The notes under the pieces were generated by a model. That model did no database searches, had not been told where the DNA came from, and saw only the letters and a list, made by a program, of their open reading frames with translations. From NCBI GenBank assembly GCA_016700315.1, contig CP065013.1, positions 705,449-769,448 of the forward strand: a DNA stretch of 64,000 nt. The letters run 5' to 3'. Source of the stretch: Candidatus Saccharimonadota bacterium. Lineage in GTDB: Bacteria > Patescibacteriota > Saccharimonadia > Saccharimonadales > SZUA-47. Made by a program: the position numbers and the translations under genes. Shown here in pieces: positions 1 to 7,780 of the stretch; the first letter of the stretch is position 1; each line of letters begins with the position of its first letter.

Positions 1-378
1 ACTGAAGAGCGACTGCGCTTTGACTTCAGTCATCCAGAAAAAGTTACACCGGAGCAAATCGCCAAAGTAGAAGAAATCGTAAATCGTGAGATCGCCAAAG
101 ACCTTAAAGTGTCTTGGGCAGAATATCCGACAGAAGAGGCCACTGGCTCTCTTGGCGCACTTGGTCAGTTTGGCGATCGCTACGGCGCAACCGTCAAAGT
201 CTACACCATGAAAGATGCCAAATCGGACCCAACCGAGCGACCTTTCTCTTTTGAAATTTGCGGAGGTCCACATGTTGACCACACCCTGCAATTATTTGAA
301 GACAATAAAAAATTCAAAATCCTCAAAGAAGAGGCTTCATCAGCTGGAGTTCGCAGAATCAAGGCCGTACTAGTATGA
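1..378 (+). CDS. alaS: alanine--tRNA ligase, C-terminal part (gene begins upstream of window)
   Basis: Frame 1 is open from base 1 to the TGA at 376-378. The translation TEERLRFDFSHPEKVT...SFEICGGPHV...AGVRRIKAV fits the AlaRS editing/C-terminal region (C-x-G-x-H metal motif). Confidence 0.85.
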   Translation, partial: TEERLRFDFSHPEKVTPEQIAKVEEIVNREIAKDLKVSWAEYPTEEATGSLGALGQFGDRYGATVKVYTMKDAKSDPTERPFSFEICGGPHVDHTLQLFEDNKKFKILKEEASSAGVRRIKAVLV

Positions 379-575
379 GCAGGGAGTGCCCAGTAGTTGG
401 CCCAAACGTATACGAAACGCAAGCAGTTGCTAAAGTTATCTCAAAATTTGTTGGCAAGGCTTGGATTGTTGGTGCGCCTACTCACGTTTTAGAGGATGTC
501 GCCCTAGAAGTATTTGAAGGCGACTTAGACGCTGCTTACCAAGAACGACAGGCCAGGTATATTGCGGCCCCCTAA
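375..575 (+). CDS. hypothetical small protein (66 aa)
   Basis: The ORF start overlaps the alaS stop (ATGA). No recognisable motif, so it may be spurious. Confidence 0.25.
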   Translation: MSRECPVVGPNVYETQAVAKVISKFVGKAWIVGAPTHVLEDVALEVFEGDLDAAYQERQARYIAAP

Positions 576-614
576 GTAAGGCTGCTTAACCTGTTCGAAA
601 AGCGATTTTCGTGC

Positions 615-620
615 TAAAAT
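615..620 (+). promoter_or_regulatory. -10-like hexamer TAAAAT, 7 nt upstream of the ftsA ATG (leaderless-type arrangement)
   Basis: TAAAAT at 615-620, ATG at 628, no Shine-Dalgarno sequence between them. A CGAAAA-GCGA-TTTTCG hairpin precedes it. Confidence 0.4.
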
Positions 621-627
621 AACGCAT

Positions 628-1941
628 ATGCTTTCTAAACTAAAAGGGGCTGCCAAATCGGCTGCCGCCAAAGCAAAAACCCTAAAACAACCGGCTATCC
701 ACTCTAGTGACAGGCATATTTTGGCGCTGGATATTGGCACAGAAAACGTCAAGGCGATTATTGGTAGAGTTTATGGCGAAGGTCAAATTGAGATAGTAGG
801 AGTCGGCCGGGCTCACCAGAACCTAACAGACATGGCTGCTGGAGCAATTGCAGACATTGCTGCAGTTACTGCCAATTGCGACAAAGCCCTCAGTGATGCA
901 GAAGCACAAGCGGGTTTGACAGCTGACAGTGTGGTCATAGGAATCGCTGGAGAGCTGGTTAAAGGTACAACCAACAGTGTAAAGATTAGTCGCAAAGATC
1001 CGCAAAAACCGCTAGATGTTGATGAGGTTGAGAAGATCATTTCGCTTGTACAAGACCGGGCCGAGACGGCTGCTAAAAAGCAGCTCAGCATCGAGCTTGG
1101 CGGAAAAAACGTCGAAGTACGTTTAGTGAACAGTGCTTTAGTCCGTATTACTATAGACGGCTATCCGATCACTAACCCCGTAGGTTTTCAGGGCCGGGAA
1201 GTCGAAGTACAGCTCTACACAGCTTTCGCGCCGATGATTCATATAGGTGCTCTGGAAAGGGTAGCAAGTGAATTAGATCTAAGTCTCATGGCGGTTGCGG
1301 CCGAGCCATTTGCTGTTGCGAGAGCAGTGGTTGGTGATGATCCAAACGCCAGTACAAATGCTATTCTGATGGATGTCGGCGGCGGCACTACAGATATTGC
1401 AGTTGTGCAAGAGGGCGGGGTTCAGGGTACAAAAATGTTTGGTATTGGTGGCCGAGCTTTTACCAAATCGATTGAACGTGACAGTGGCGTTACGTTTTTG
1501 CAGGCAGAAGCACTAAAAGTAGGTCTTAGTGAAGGCAGAGTGCCTGCTGCTAAACTAGCGAGTGTCGAAAAGCCGCTGAAGAAAACTTTAGAAGTATGGC
1601 GTAGCGGCGTTGAGTTAGCGCTTGACGAGTTCACAAACGTAGACCAGATGCCGTCACGGGTTCTGCTCTGCGGTGGAGGTTCGTCGCTGAGCATGCTGGT
1701 CAATGAGCTAAAAAACAGCGCGTGGTACAGAGATCTGCCTTTTGCACGTCAGCCCCAAGTTGATCTGATAATGCCAGAGGAAATCGATGGTTTTCGCGAT
1801 GTTTCAAACAACCTAACTGACCATACATTTATTACAGCTATGGGGCTACTTAGAGTGGCTGTTGATACAATGGAACAGACAGGTGCTTCTCCGGCTGTGC
1901 AAACAATAAAAGACAAGTTTAATCGCTTATTGAAAGTATAA
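628..1941 (+). CDS. ftsA: cell division protein FtsA-like actin-fold ATPase
   Basis: 437 aa. ILALDIGTENVKAIIG (phosphate 1) and LMDVGGGTTDIAVV (phosphate 2) motifs of the actin/Hsp70 fold, with FtsA/PilM-like overall layout. Confidence 0.85.
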   Translation: MLSKLKGAAKSAAAKAKTLKQPAIHSSDRHILALDIGTENVKAIIGRVYGEGQIEIVGVGRAHQNLTDMAAGAIADIAAVTANCDKALSDAEAQAGLTADSVVIGIAGELVKGTTNSVKISRKDPQKPLDVDEVEKIISLVQDRAETAAKKQLSIELGGKNVEVRLVNSALVRITIDGYPITNPVGFQGREVEVQLYTAFAPMIHIGALERVASELDLSLMAVAAEPFAVARAVVGDDPNASTNAILMDVGGGTTDIAVVQEGGVQGTKMFGIGGRAFTKSIERDSGVTFLQAEALKVGLSEGRVPAAKLASVEKPLKKTLEVWRSGVELALDEFTNVDQMPSRVLLCGGGSSLSMLVNELKNSAWYRDLPFARQPQVDLIMPEEIDGFRDVSNNLTDHTFITAMGLLRVAVDTMEQTGASPAVQTIKDKFNRLLKV

Positions 1942-1948
1942 TAATCAT

Positions 1949-3574
1949 ATGCAACCGAAAAAAGATACAATTTATCTCGAAGCCGAGGACGAAATAACAA
2001 CCGTTATCGACAAGCTTCAGTCGGCTAAAAGCAATGTTGTGGCTCTGGTTTTACCAAAACAGGCTAGCGTTTTTCAGAGTGTGGTGAACATGAAACTTTT
2101 GATGAAGGCGGCGAAGAGGTCCAAGAAACAGCCAGTCCTGGTCACCTCCAATCAGTCGATTATCAAGTTAGCTGGCTTAAGCGGAGTTCCCATAGCAAAG
2201 TCGCTATCATCAAAGCCGGAGGTTCCGTCAAGCGACCAGCTAGACGGCGAGAGCGAAACGCCGGCTAAAATAGTTGAAGAGGCAGTTGTGGCCGATGCGG
2301 CCGGAAATGCAGCTGTCGCTGAAGTGGTCGCCGAACCCGACACGATTGAGCTCGACAACACCTCGCCTAAAGGGTTACCAATAACTGATAAAAAAATCGG
2401 CAAAAAAGTTATTAAAATCCCCGATTTCTCCTCATTCAGAACTAAAGTAGTTTTGTTTTGTATGCTGTTAGTACTAGCTATCGTTGGTTCAGTTTTTGCC
2501 TTTGTGATCTTGCCCAAAGCGACAATCATCGTAAAAACCGACACAAAATCTGTTTCAGCTGATTTGCAAATCTTAGCCAGCACTGCAGCGACAGAAATGG
2601 ACCAAGCGAACAGCGTAGTGCCGGCAGAGTTAGCCGAGTCTGCAAAATCAGATAGTGAGGTTGCACCAGCAACTGGCACAAAAAACATTGGCGAAAAAGC
2701 CAGCGGCACCATGACGATTGTTAATTGCAACAAAGACGATGAATCAATCACAGCCCCAGCCGGAACCGTTTTTAGCGCTGGTGGCTTTAACTTTGTTACC
2801 ACTGCCCCAGTTACTGTTGCTGCCAGCAACTTCACTGGTGGTGGGCTATGTAAACGCGACAAATCGGCTAGCGTGGAAGTTGCAGCCAGTGAGCCTGGCG
2901 ATAACTATAACTTAACCGCGAGATCATATTCTACGACCAACAGTGATCTTTCGGGTAGTGGATCAGCCATGACAGGTGGAACGAATAATGTAGTAAAAGT
3001 AGTCACCGCCGCTGATATATCATCCGCCAAAGATCGACTAGTTGGCAGGTCAAAAAGTGCTGCACTAGATGAGATAAATTCTAAGCTAATCAGTTCGAAC
3101 AAAAAGCCTTTGGAGCAAACTCTTGAAGAAGGAGAGCCGAAAGTTGAGGCTAGTGTTGCAGCCGATTCCCAGGCTGAAAGCGTTAAAGTTACGGTGACCA
3201 CGGTTTATAAGATGCTCGGTGTTAAACAAGAGGATCTAAAAGCACTACTTGAAATGTCTATCAAGAAGGCTGCTGGCGAAAATCAGCAAAATATTCAAGA
3301 TGATGGTCTGTCAGCTGCAAATTACTTATTAATAGAGAAAAAATCAGTTACCGAACAAAAAATTTCACTAAAAACAATTGCGACGGTAGGGCCGAAAGTC
3401 GACGAAGTAGAAATTGCAAAACTGTCTGCCGGCAAAAAACGTGGCGATATCGAGCAGCTTTTAAGAGCCAAGGAAGGTATTCGTGATGTGACGGTTGAAT
3501 ACAGCCCTTTCTGGGTTCTAACAACTCCAAAAAGCGCCTCAAAAATAAAAGTTGTGCTGGAGCAGACGCGCTAG
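1949..3574 (+). CDS. large single-pass membrane protein, unknown function
   Basis: 541-aa ORF. One hydrophobic segment (VVLFCMLLVLAIVGSVFAFVIL) follows an acidic/Ala-rich linker. TATAAT at 1937-1942 lies 6 nt before the ATG. Confidence 0.7.
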   Translation: MQPKKDTIYLEAEDEITTVIDKLQSAKSNVVALVLPKQASVFQSVVNMKLLMKAAKRSKKQPVLVTSNQSIIKLAGLSGVPIAKSLSSKPEVPSSDQLDGESETPAKIVEEAVVADAAGNAAVAEVVAEPDTIELDNTSPKGLPITDKKIGKKVIKIPDFSSFRTKVVLFCMLLVLAIVGSVFAFVILPKATIIVKTDTKSVSADLQILASTAATEMDQANSVVPAELAESAKSDSEVAPATGTKNIGEKASGTMTIVNCNKDDESITAPAGTVFSAGGFNFVTTAPVTVAASNFTGGGLCKRDKSASVEVAASEPGDNYNLTARSYSTTNSDLSGSGSAMTGGTNNVVKVVTAADISSAKDRLVGRSKSAALDEINSKLISSNKKPLEQTLEEGEPKVEASVAADSQAESVKVTVTTVYKMLGVKQEDLKALLEMSIKKAAGENQQNIQDDGLSAANYLLIEKKSVTEQKISLKTIATVGPKVDEVEIAKLSAGKKRGDIEQLLRAKEGIRDVTVEYSPFWVLTTPKSASKIKVVLEQTR

Positions 3575-3577
3575 TTT

Positions 3578-3973
3578 ATGGATATTTTGGCGCTAGATTT
3601 TGGTAGCAAAAAAATTGGTCGAGCTAGGGCAAATTCTGTGGTGCGCATTCCAGAGCCTCTACCTATTTTTCAGAATCTCAATAATCAAAATCTGGACAAA
3701 TTGTACGAGGAAATAATTGTGCAAAAACCTGCAAAGGTGTTAGTGGGGTTGCCTAGAAGCCTCGCTGGCCAAGAGACGGAGCAGTCAAAAATCATAAGGC
3801 AATTTACCAAACAACTAGCCGCCAAAATTCAGTGCCCAGTTGAGTTGGTTGACGAAACCTTGAGCACCCAGTCGGCCGCTAAGTGGAGCGTAAGGTATCC
3901 TGGTTCAGATGAAGATAGTCTGGCTGCTTGTGTTATTCTAGAACGTTATTTTGAGGAAGGCTCCGTAACCTAA
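3578..3973 (+). CDS. ruvX: YqgF/RuvX-type putative pre-16S rRNA nuclease / Holliday junction resolvase-like protein
   Basis: 131 aa. ILALDFGSKKIG...VLVGLPRSLAG..TEQS...F...L pattern typical of the YqgF family. Confidence 0.85.
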   Translation: MDILALDFGSKKIGRARANSVVRIPEPLPIFQNLNNQNLDKLYEEIIVQKPAKVLVGLPRSLAGQETEQSKIIRQFTKQLAAKIQCPVELVDETLSTQSAAKWSVRYPGSDEDSLAACVILERYFEEGSVT

Positions 3974-5016
3974 TGCATAGCATTATGACGAATAATCGCC
4001 GTCAACTTCTGCCTAGATTAATCGCTGGCATTCTCATACTAGTATTTTTATTACTTGGTTATATTGGCTTCACATATTATGGCAATTTAAGGCCGGTAAG
4101 CATGTCCGAAAAAGTTGTCATAGTAGAAATAGCACCTGGCTCCGATAATTCTAGCATCGCTGAAAAATTGCACTCTAACGGCTTGATAAGGGACAGCCGC
4201 GCCTTCTTATGGTACCTTAAACTTCATAAGGATACCCAGCCCAAAGCCGGGAGTTATAAGCTTAGCCCGAGCATGAGCGTCGAAGACATAGTAAAGTATC
4301 TTAACGAAGGTAAGGTTGCGACCGATCTATTCACTATTTTCCCTGCTCAGCGCATCGATCAGATCAAGGCTGCATTTATCGATGCTGGCTACCCTTCTGA
4401 TCAAGTAGCCGCCGCTCTAGACCCTAAGCTTTATGCTAGCCATCCAGTCTTTACTGGTATCCCACTGCCATCAAATCTTGAGGGCTTCTTGTATCCCGAG
4501 AGCTTCTTTAGGTCGTCAGATGTTACGCCGCAAACCATCGTCAAACAATCGTTAGATGAAATGGCTAAAGCCCTAACACCAGAAATTCGTTCTGGGATCA
4601 ATGCTCAAGGTATCACCATTTATCAAGGAATAATACTGGCTTCAATTATTCAGCAAGAGGTAAGCAACCCCGAGGACGAGGCCCAAGTTGCACAGGTATT
4701 CTATTTGAGGTTAAAAAAAGGCATGCCGCTTGGCAGCGACCCAACGGCTTTTTATGAATCCCGAGCGGCTGGACAGCCCGATTCCGTCTTCGCTAGCTCG
4801 CCATATAATACTAGGATTAATGCCGGGCTCCCGCCTACGCCAATTGGCAATGTCAATCTGGCCGCGCTAAAAGCCGTGGCGTACCCTGCACAAGGAGATT
4901 TTCTCTATTTTGTAGCCGACGATAACGGTGCCGACAAGGGCAAAACGTTTTTCTCTCGTACTTTAGCTGAACACGAAGCGTTGACACAGGAGCACTGCGT
5001 TATCCTCTGTAATTGA
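3973..5016 (+). CDS. mltG: endolytic murein transglycosylase MltG (YceG family)
   Basis: 347 aa. N-terminal TM segment, then YceG-like blocks (LEGFLYPESF, ASIIQQEV, SPYNTRINAGLPPTPIGN, LYFVADDNG...FSRTLAEH). Confidence 0.85.
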   Translation: MHSIMTNNRRQLLPRLIAGILILVFLLLGYIGFTYYGNLRPVSMSEKVVIVEIAPGSDNSSIAEKLHSNGLIRDSRAFLWYLKLHKDTQPKAGSYKLSPSMSVEDIVKYLNEGKVATDLFTIFPAQRIDQIKAAFIDAGYPSDQVAAALDPKLYASHPVFTGIPLPSNLEGFLYPESFFRSSDVTPQTIVKQSLDEMAKALTPEIRSGINAQGITIYQGIILASIIQQEVSNPEDEAQVAQVFYLRLKKGMPLGSDPTAFYESRAAGQPDSVFASSPYNTRINAGLPPTPIGNVNLAALKAVAYPAQGDFLYFVADDNGADKGKTFFSRTLAEHEALTQEHCVILCN

Positions 5017-5050
5017 TGAGATAATATAGCTTTTGGTTGGCATCGTTTGC

Positions 5051-5080
5051 TTGACATGCGCGCGTTATAACTGTTACTAT
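5051..5080 (+). promoter_or_regulatory. sigma70-like promoter (TTGACA-18-TACTAT)
   Basis: TTGACA at 5051-5056 and TACTAT at 5075-5080, in the intergenic region upstream of the LysM/CHAP gene. Confidence 0.5.
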
Positions 5081-5086
5081 ATCTGT

Positions 5087-5239
5087 TACAACGATCTAGT
5101 GTTTACGATACTCAAAAAGAAGCGTAAACGGGGGACACTAGTGTTCCTTCTAGATTCGTTTGTGTTAAGAGAGATAAGCTAAATAAGATAATCAAGTGGT
5201 CGAAAACTTGAAAAAATAATAAGTAACAACTCTTAACGC
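5087..5239 (+). promoter_or_regulatory. long structured 5' leader candidate of the LysM/CHAP hydrolase gene
   Basis: About 150 nt lie between the predicted promoter and the ORF. Nested inverted repeats: CTAGTG-TTTACG ... CGTAAA-CGGGGGA-CACTAG, plus an alternative ATCTAG/CTAGAT pairing. Confidence 0.35.
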
Positions 5240-6388
5240 TTGCACCGCCTGTGTTTGTTTCTGGTGCTAGGAGTAATTATCCGTAATCCAATTACCAAGC
5301 AAATTAAGCGCAAGCTAAAGTTTACTGGTTTTAAATCGAATCGTCAGAAAAAGCGTTTCATACGTTTTTCTATAGTCACTGGAAATATCGGCCTACTACT
5401 ATTAGTGGCTTTCTTTGTGTTTGGTGGCAGCAATGCCGACACCCCTCTAGCTACTCAGGCGTCTGTAAAAGCTACAGATATAGATGTTACTAACCCGTTA
5501 GATCAGCTTTCCAGTGCAGATATTGCTGTTCATGCTGCCCAAATGGTTCAGTTAGAAGAAACTAGGGCAGTAGTTAATAACGCCGATAGCGTTAATGCGC
5601 AGCTAGCAATCGTGCCTACTGATAGTCAGGTTGTAGCAAAGCCTCAGATTGTTAGTACTGGTTTGAAATCTAAAAAAGACATAAAGACCTATACTACAAT
5701 AGCTGGCGACAGTGTTACTGCGTTGGCTCAGAAGTATGGCGTTACTAGTGATAGCATCAAATGGTCAAACGATCTAAGTGCTGACTCGATTCCTGCGGGC
5801 CGAACTTTGCGCATTCCACCGGTCAACGGGATTGTTTATCAGGTTAAACCAAATGATACTCCAGATACCCTAGCTTCGAAGTTCAAGGCCTCAAAAGATC
5901 AAATTGTAGCTTTCAATGACGCTGAAATAACTGGTCTAGTAAGAGATGAATTCATCGTTATTCCCGATGGAACAGTCACGGTAGTGCAAGTTCGCGCTAC
6001 TCCTTCGTATAATCGCAGTAATGGTTTTGCGTTTGGTGGTAGTTCGCCTATCTGGGGCGGTGCAAACGGCTATGATTACGGTTATTGTACTTGGTATGCG
6101 GCTTCTAAGCGTGCAGCAATTGGCAGACCCGTACCTAGCAATCTTGGCAATGCCAGCACGTGGTTATCGCTAGCGCGAGCGGCTGGGTTAGCTACCGGTT
6201 CAACACCACAGGCAGGAGCGGTAATATGGACTCCACCACGCGATTATTATGGGCACGTTGGTTTTGTGGATAGTGTTGATCCTGATGGTACAACTCACGT
6301 TTCAGAGATGAACGTTGCAGGGTGGAATAGGGTTTCTACGAAAACTCTGACTGCCGCTCAAGCTGCCAACTACGGCTATATCTATTAG
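5240..6388 (+). CDS. secreted/anchored peptidoglycan hydrolase with LysM repeats and a C-terminal CHAP domain
   Basis: 382-aa ORF with an uncertain non-ATG start. TM segment, two LysM-like repeats (YTTIAGDSVTALAQKYGV..., YQVKPNDTPDTLASKF...) and a CHAP signature (GYCTWYAA...GHVGFV...SEMN). Confidence 0.8.
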   Translation: MHRLCLFLVLGVIIRNPITKQIKRKLKFTGFKSNRQKKRFIRFSIVTGNIGLLLLVAFFVFGGSNADTPLATQASVKATDIDVTNPLDQLSSADIAVHAAQMVQLEETRAVVNNADSVNAQLAIVPTDSQVVAKPQIVSTGLKSKKDIKTYTTIAGDSVTALAQKYGVTSDSIKWSNDLSADSIPAGRTLRIPPVNGIVYQVKPNDTPDTLASKFKASKDQIVAFNDAEITGLVRDEFIVIPDGTVTVVQVRATPSYNRSNGFAFGGSSPIWGGANGYDYGYCTWYAASKRAAIGRPVPSNLGNASTWLSLARAAGLATGSTPQAGAVIWTPPRDYYGHVGFVDSVDPDGTTHVSEMNVAGWNRVSTKTLTAAQAANYGYIY

Positions 6389-6741
6389 GAGGGTCTTACC
6401 CTCCAAGCTCGCTAGAAGTAAATTCTAGCTTCGCTTTCCACCCGCCTAAAGCTCGCCATCGGCTCGTGCGTTACTTAGCTCGCGTTTCGTCCCAGACTGC
6501 ACTATTCCAAATAGTTTTACGGAGTTTTGTTACTGCCTAAAGCTCGCCTTTGGCTCGTGCCGCTACTTCATGAATCGGCTTCGCTTCGCTCGCTTGAATC
6601 ACAAAGAAGGGTCTTACCCTCCGCCTTGTTCGAAACAAGTTCGAACTTCGGCTCCTCCCGCCTAAAGCTCGCCTTCGGCTCGTGCGTTACTTAGCTCGCG
6701 TTTCGTCCCAGAATGCACTATTCCAAATACTTTTACAGAGG
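6389..6741. repeat. intergenic direct repeats, two ~130-bp units plus a partial third
   Basis: GGGTCTTACCCTCC hairpins at 6391 and 6609. The core 6441-6524 matches 6657-6740 with 4 mismatches in 84 by eye. A partial copy (CCTAAAGCTCGCCTTTGGCTCGTGC) lies at 6536-6560. Confidence 0.8.
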
Positions 6742-6939
6742 CTACGTACCTTGTCGTCAATCGTTAATATTTAATCTCCTGAAGCCTATATAGGACTGGG
6801 TTGGGTCGGGGCGGACATATCCTACACGAACTACTAAATCATCTGTTGGAACACTCGGATGATGCCAAAAGTATGCTTGATGATCTAAGAAGCGCATGTA
6901 ACGCAAAAAGCAAGGCTATTCAGCCTAAAATTCTGAGCA

Positions 6940-7602
6940 TTAAGCTCTAGGTGCTGGGTCGGCTATAGTTGGTATGCTTATTACATTATTCTCTGCAAAC
7001 TGTTCAGCAGTTACTAAACCCGTTTCAACACCTAAGAAATTAAGCCCCGCTCCTAATGCTGCCTTCATATCATGGAGCTCATCTCCGATATAGTAGACTT
7101 CTTCTGGTCGAACATCTTGAGCCTCTAACCAAGTAAGTGCAGGTTCAAAAACTCTTGGGTCTGGTTTATGGAAAGGGGTATCGTCAGCAGTCTGCGTGTA
7201 ATCCAACACTTCTTGTGGTATTTCATGCGTTGTTAAATCGTGCTCAAAACTAAAGCGACTTGTGGCGGTAATGATTCCAACTAGCTTACCAGCAGCCTTT
7301 AGATGCCTGAGTGTAGGAATAGATGCAACGAATAATTCTTTAGGAAAATCCTCATGACATGCCGTATTGTTCGCCATAGCTTGCTCTACGTCATCAGTTC
7401 CATACAATAAACAAACTAATTCACGTAGTGGCTTACCCCAATGAAGCTTAATCTCATCGTCAGTCAGCTCTTTGCCGTAGTGCTTTCTGGCAACATGTTT
7501 ATGCTGTGCCCATTTTGTTCCAATAGTCCCGACAAGTGTGTCGTCATGGTCAAAAAGAACTGCTTTGATGTTTTCGCCTATATGCTCACTCATAAGGAGC
7601 AT
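6940..7602 (-). CDS. HAD-superfamily hydrolase (subfamily IA-like phosphatase)
   Basis: 220 aa. DxDxT motif (VLFDHDDTLV), a T/S motif (IITATS), K...GDxxxD (YYIGDELHDMKAA). Confidence 0.8.
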   Translation of the reverse strand: MLLMSEHIGENIKAVLFDHDDTLVGTIGTKWAQHKHVARKHYGKELTDDEIKLHWGKPLRELVCLLYGTDDVEQAMANNTACHEDFPKELFVASIPTLRHLKAAGKLVGIITATSRFSFEHDLTTHEIPQEVLDYTQTADDTPFHKPDPRVFEPALTWLEAQDVRPEEVYYIGDELHDMKAALGAGLNFLGVETGLVTAEQFAENNVISIPTIADPAPRA

Positions 7603-7741
7603 TATCCTTTATTAGAGGTCAACTCACAAGCAATAGCGAATTGAGTATTTCCAGGTCGCGCAATCAACAATTAATGACTAGAGTATTATCGGATGTTTGC
7701 TTTATTATGGCACTCAGCCTAGGGTCGTTTGAAGAAGCTGA

Positions 7742-7773
7742 GCTTTCTACTTTCTACTTACTACTTTATACTG
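7742..7773 (+). promoter_or_regulatory. tandem heptamer array (AGCTTTC TACTTTC TACTTAC TACTTTA TACT) ending in a TATACT -10, 7 nt from the obg ATG
   Basis: Read directly. A near-identical module lies at 26768-26799. Confidence 0.45.
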
Positions 7774-7780
7774 TTAATTA

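Noticed and set aside
5087-5239. Cyclic-di-AMP (ydaO-type) riboswitch call for the hydrolase leader.
   Set aside because: Only one short element (ACGGGGGAC) resembles the consensus. The pseudo-two-fold architecture and the CCGA-containing conserved segments are not recognisable. It is kept only as an unspecified structured leader.
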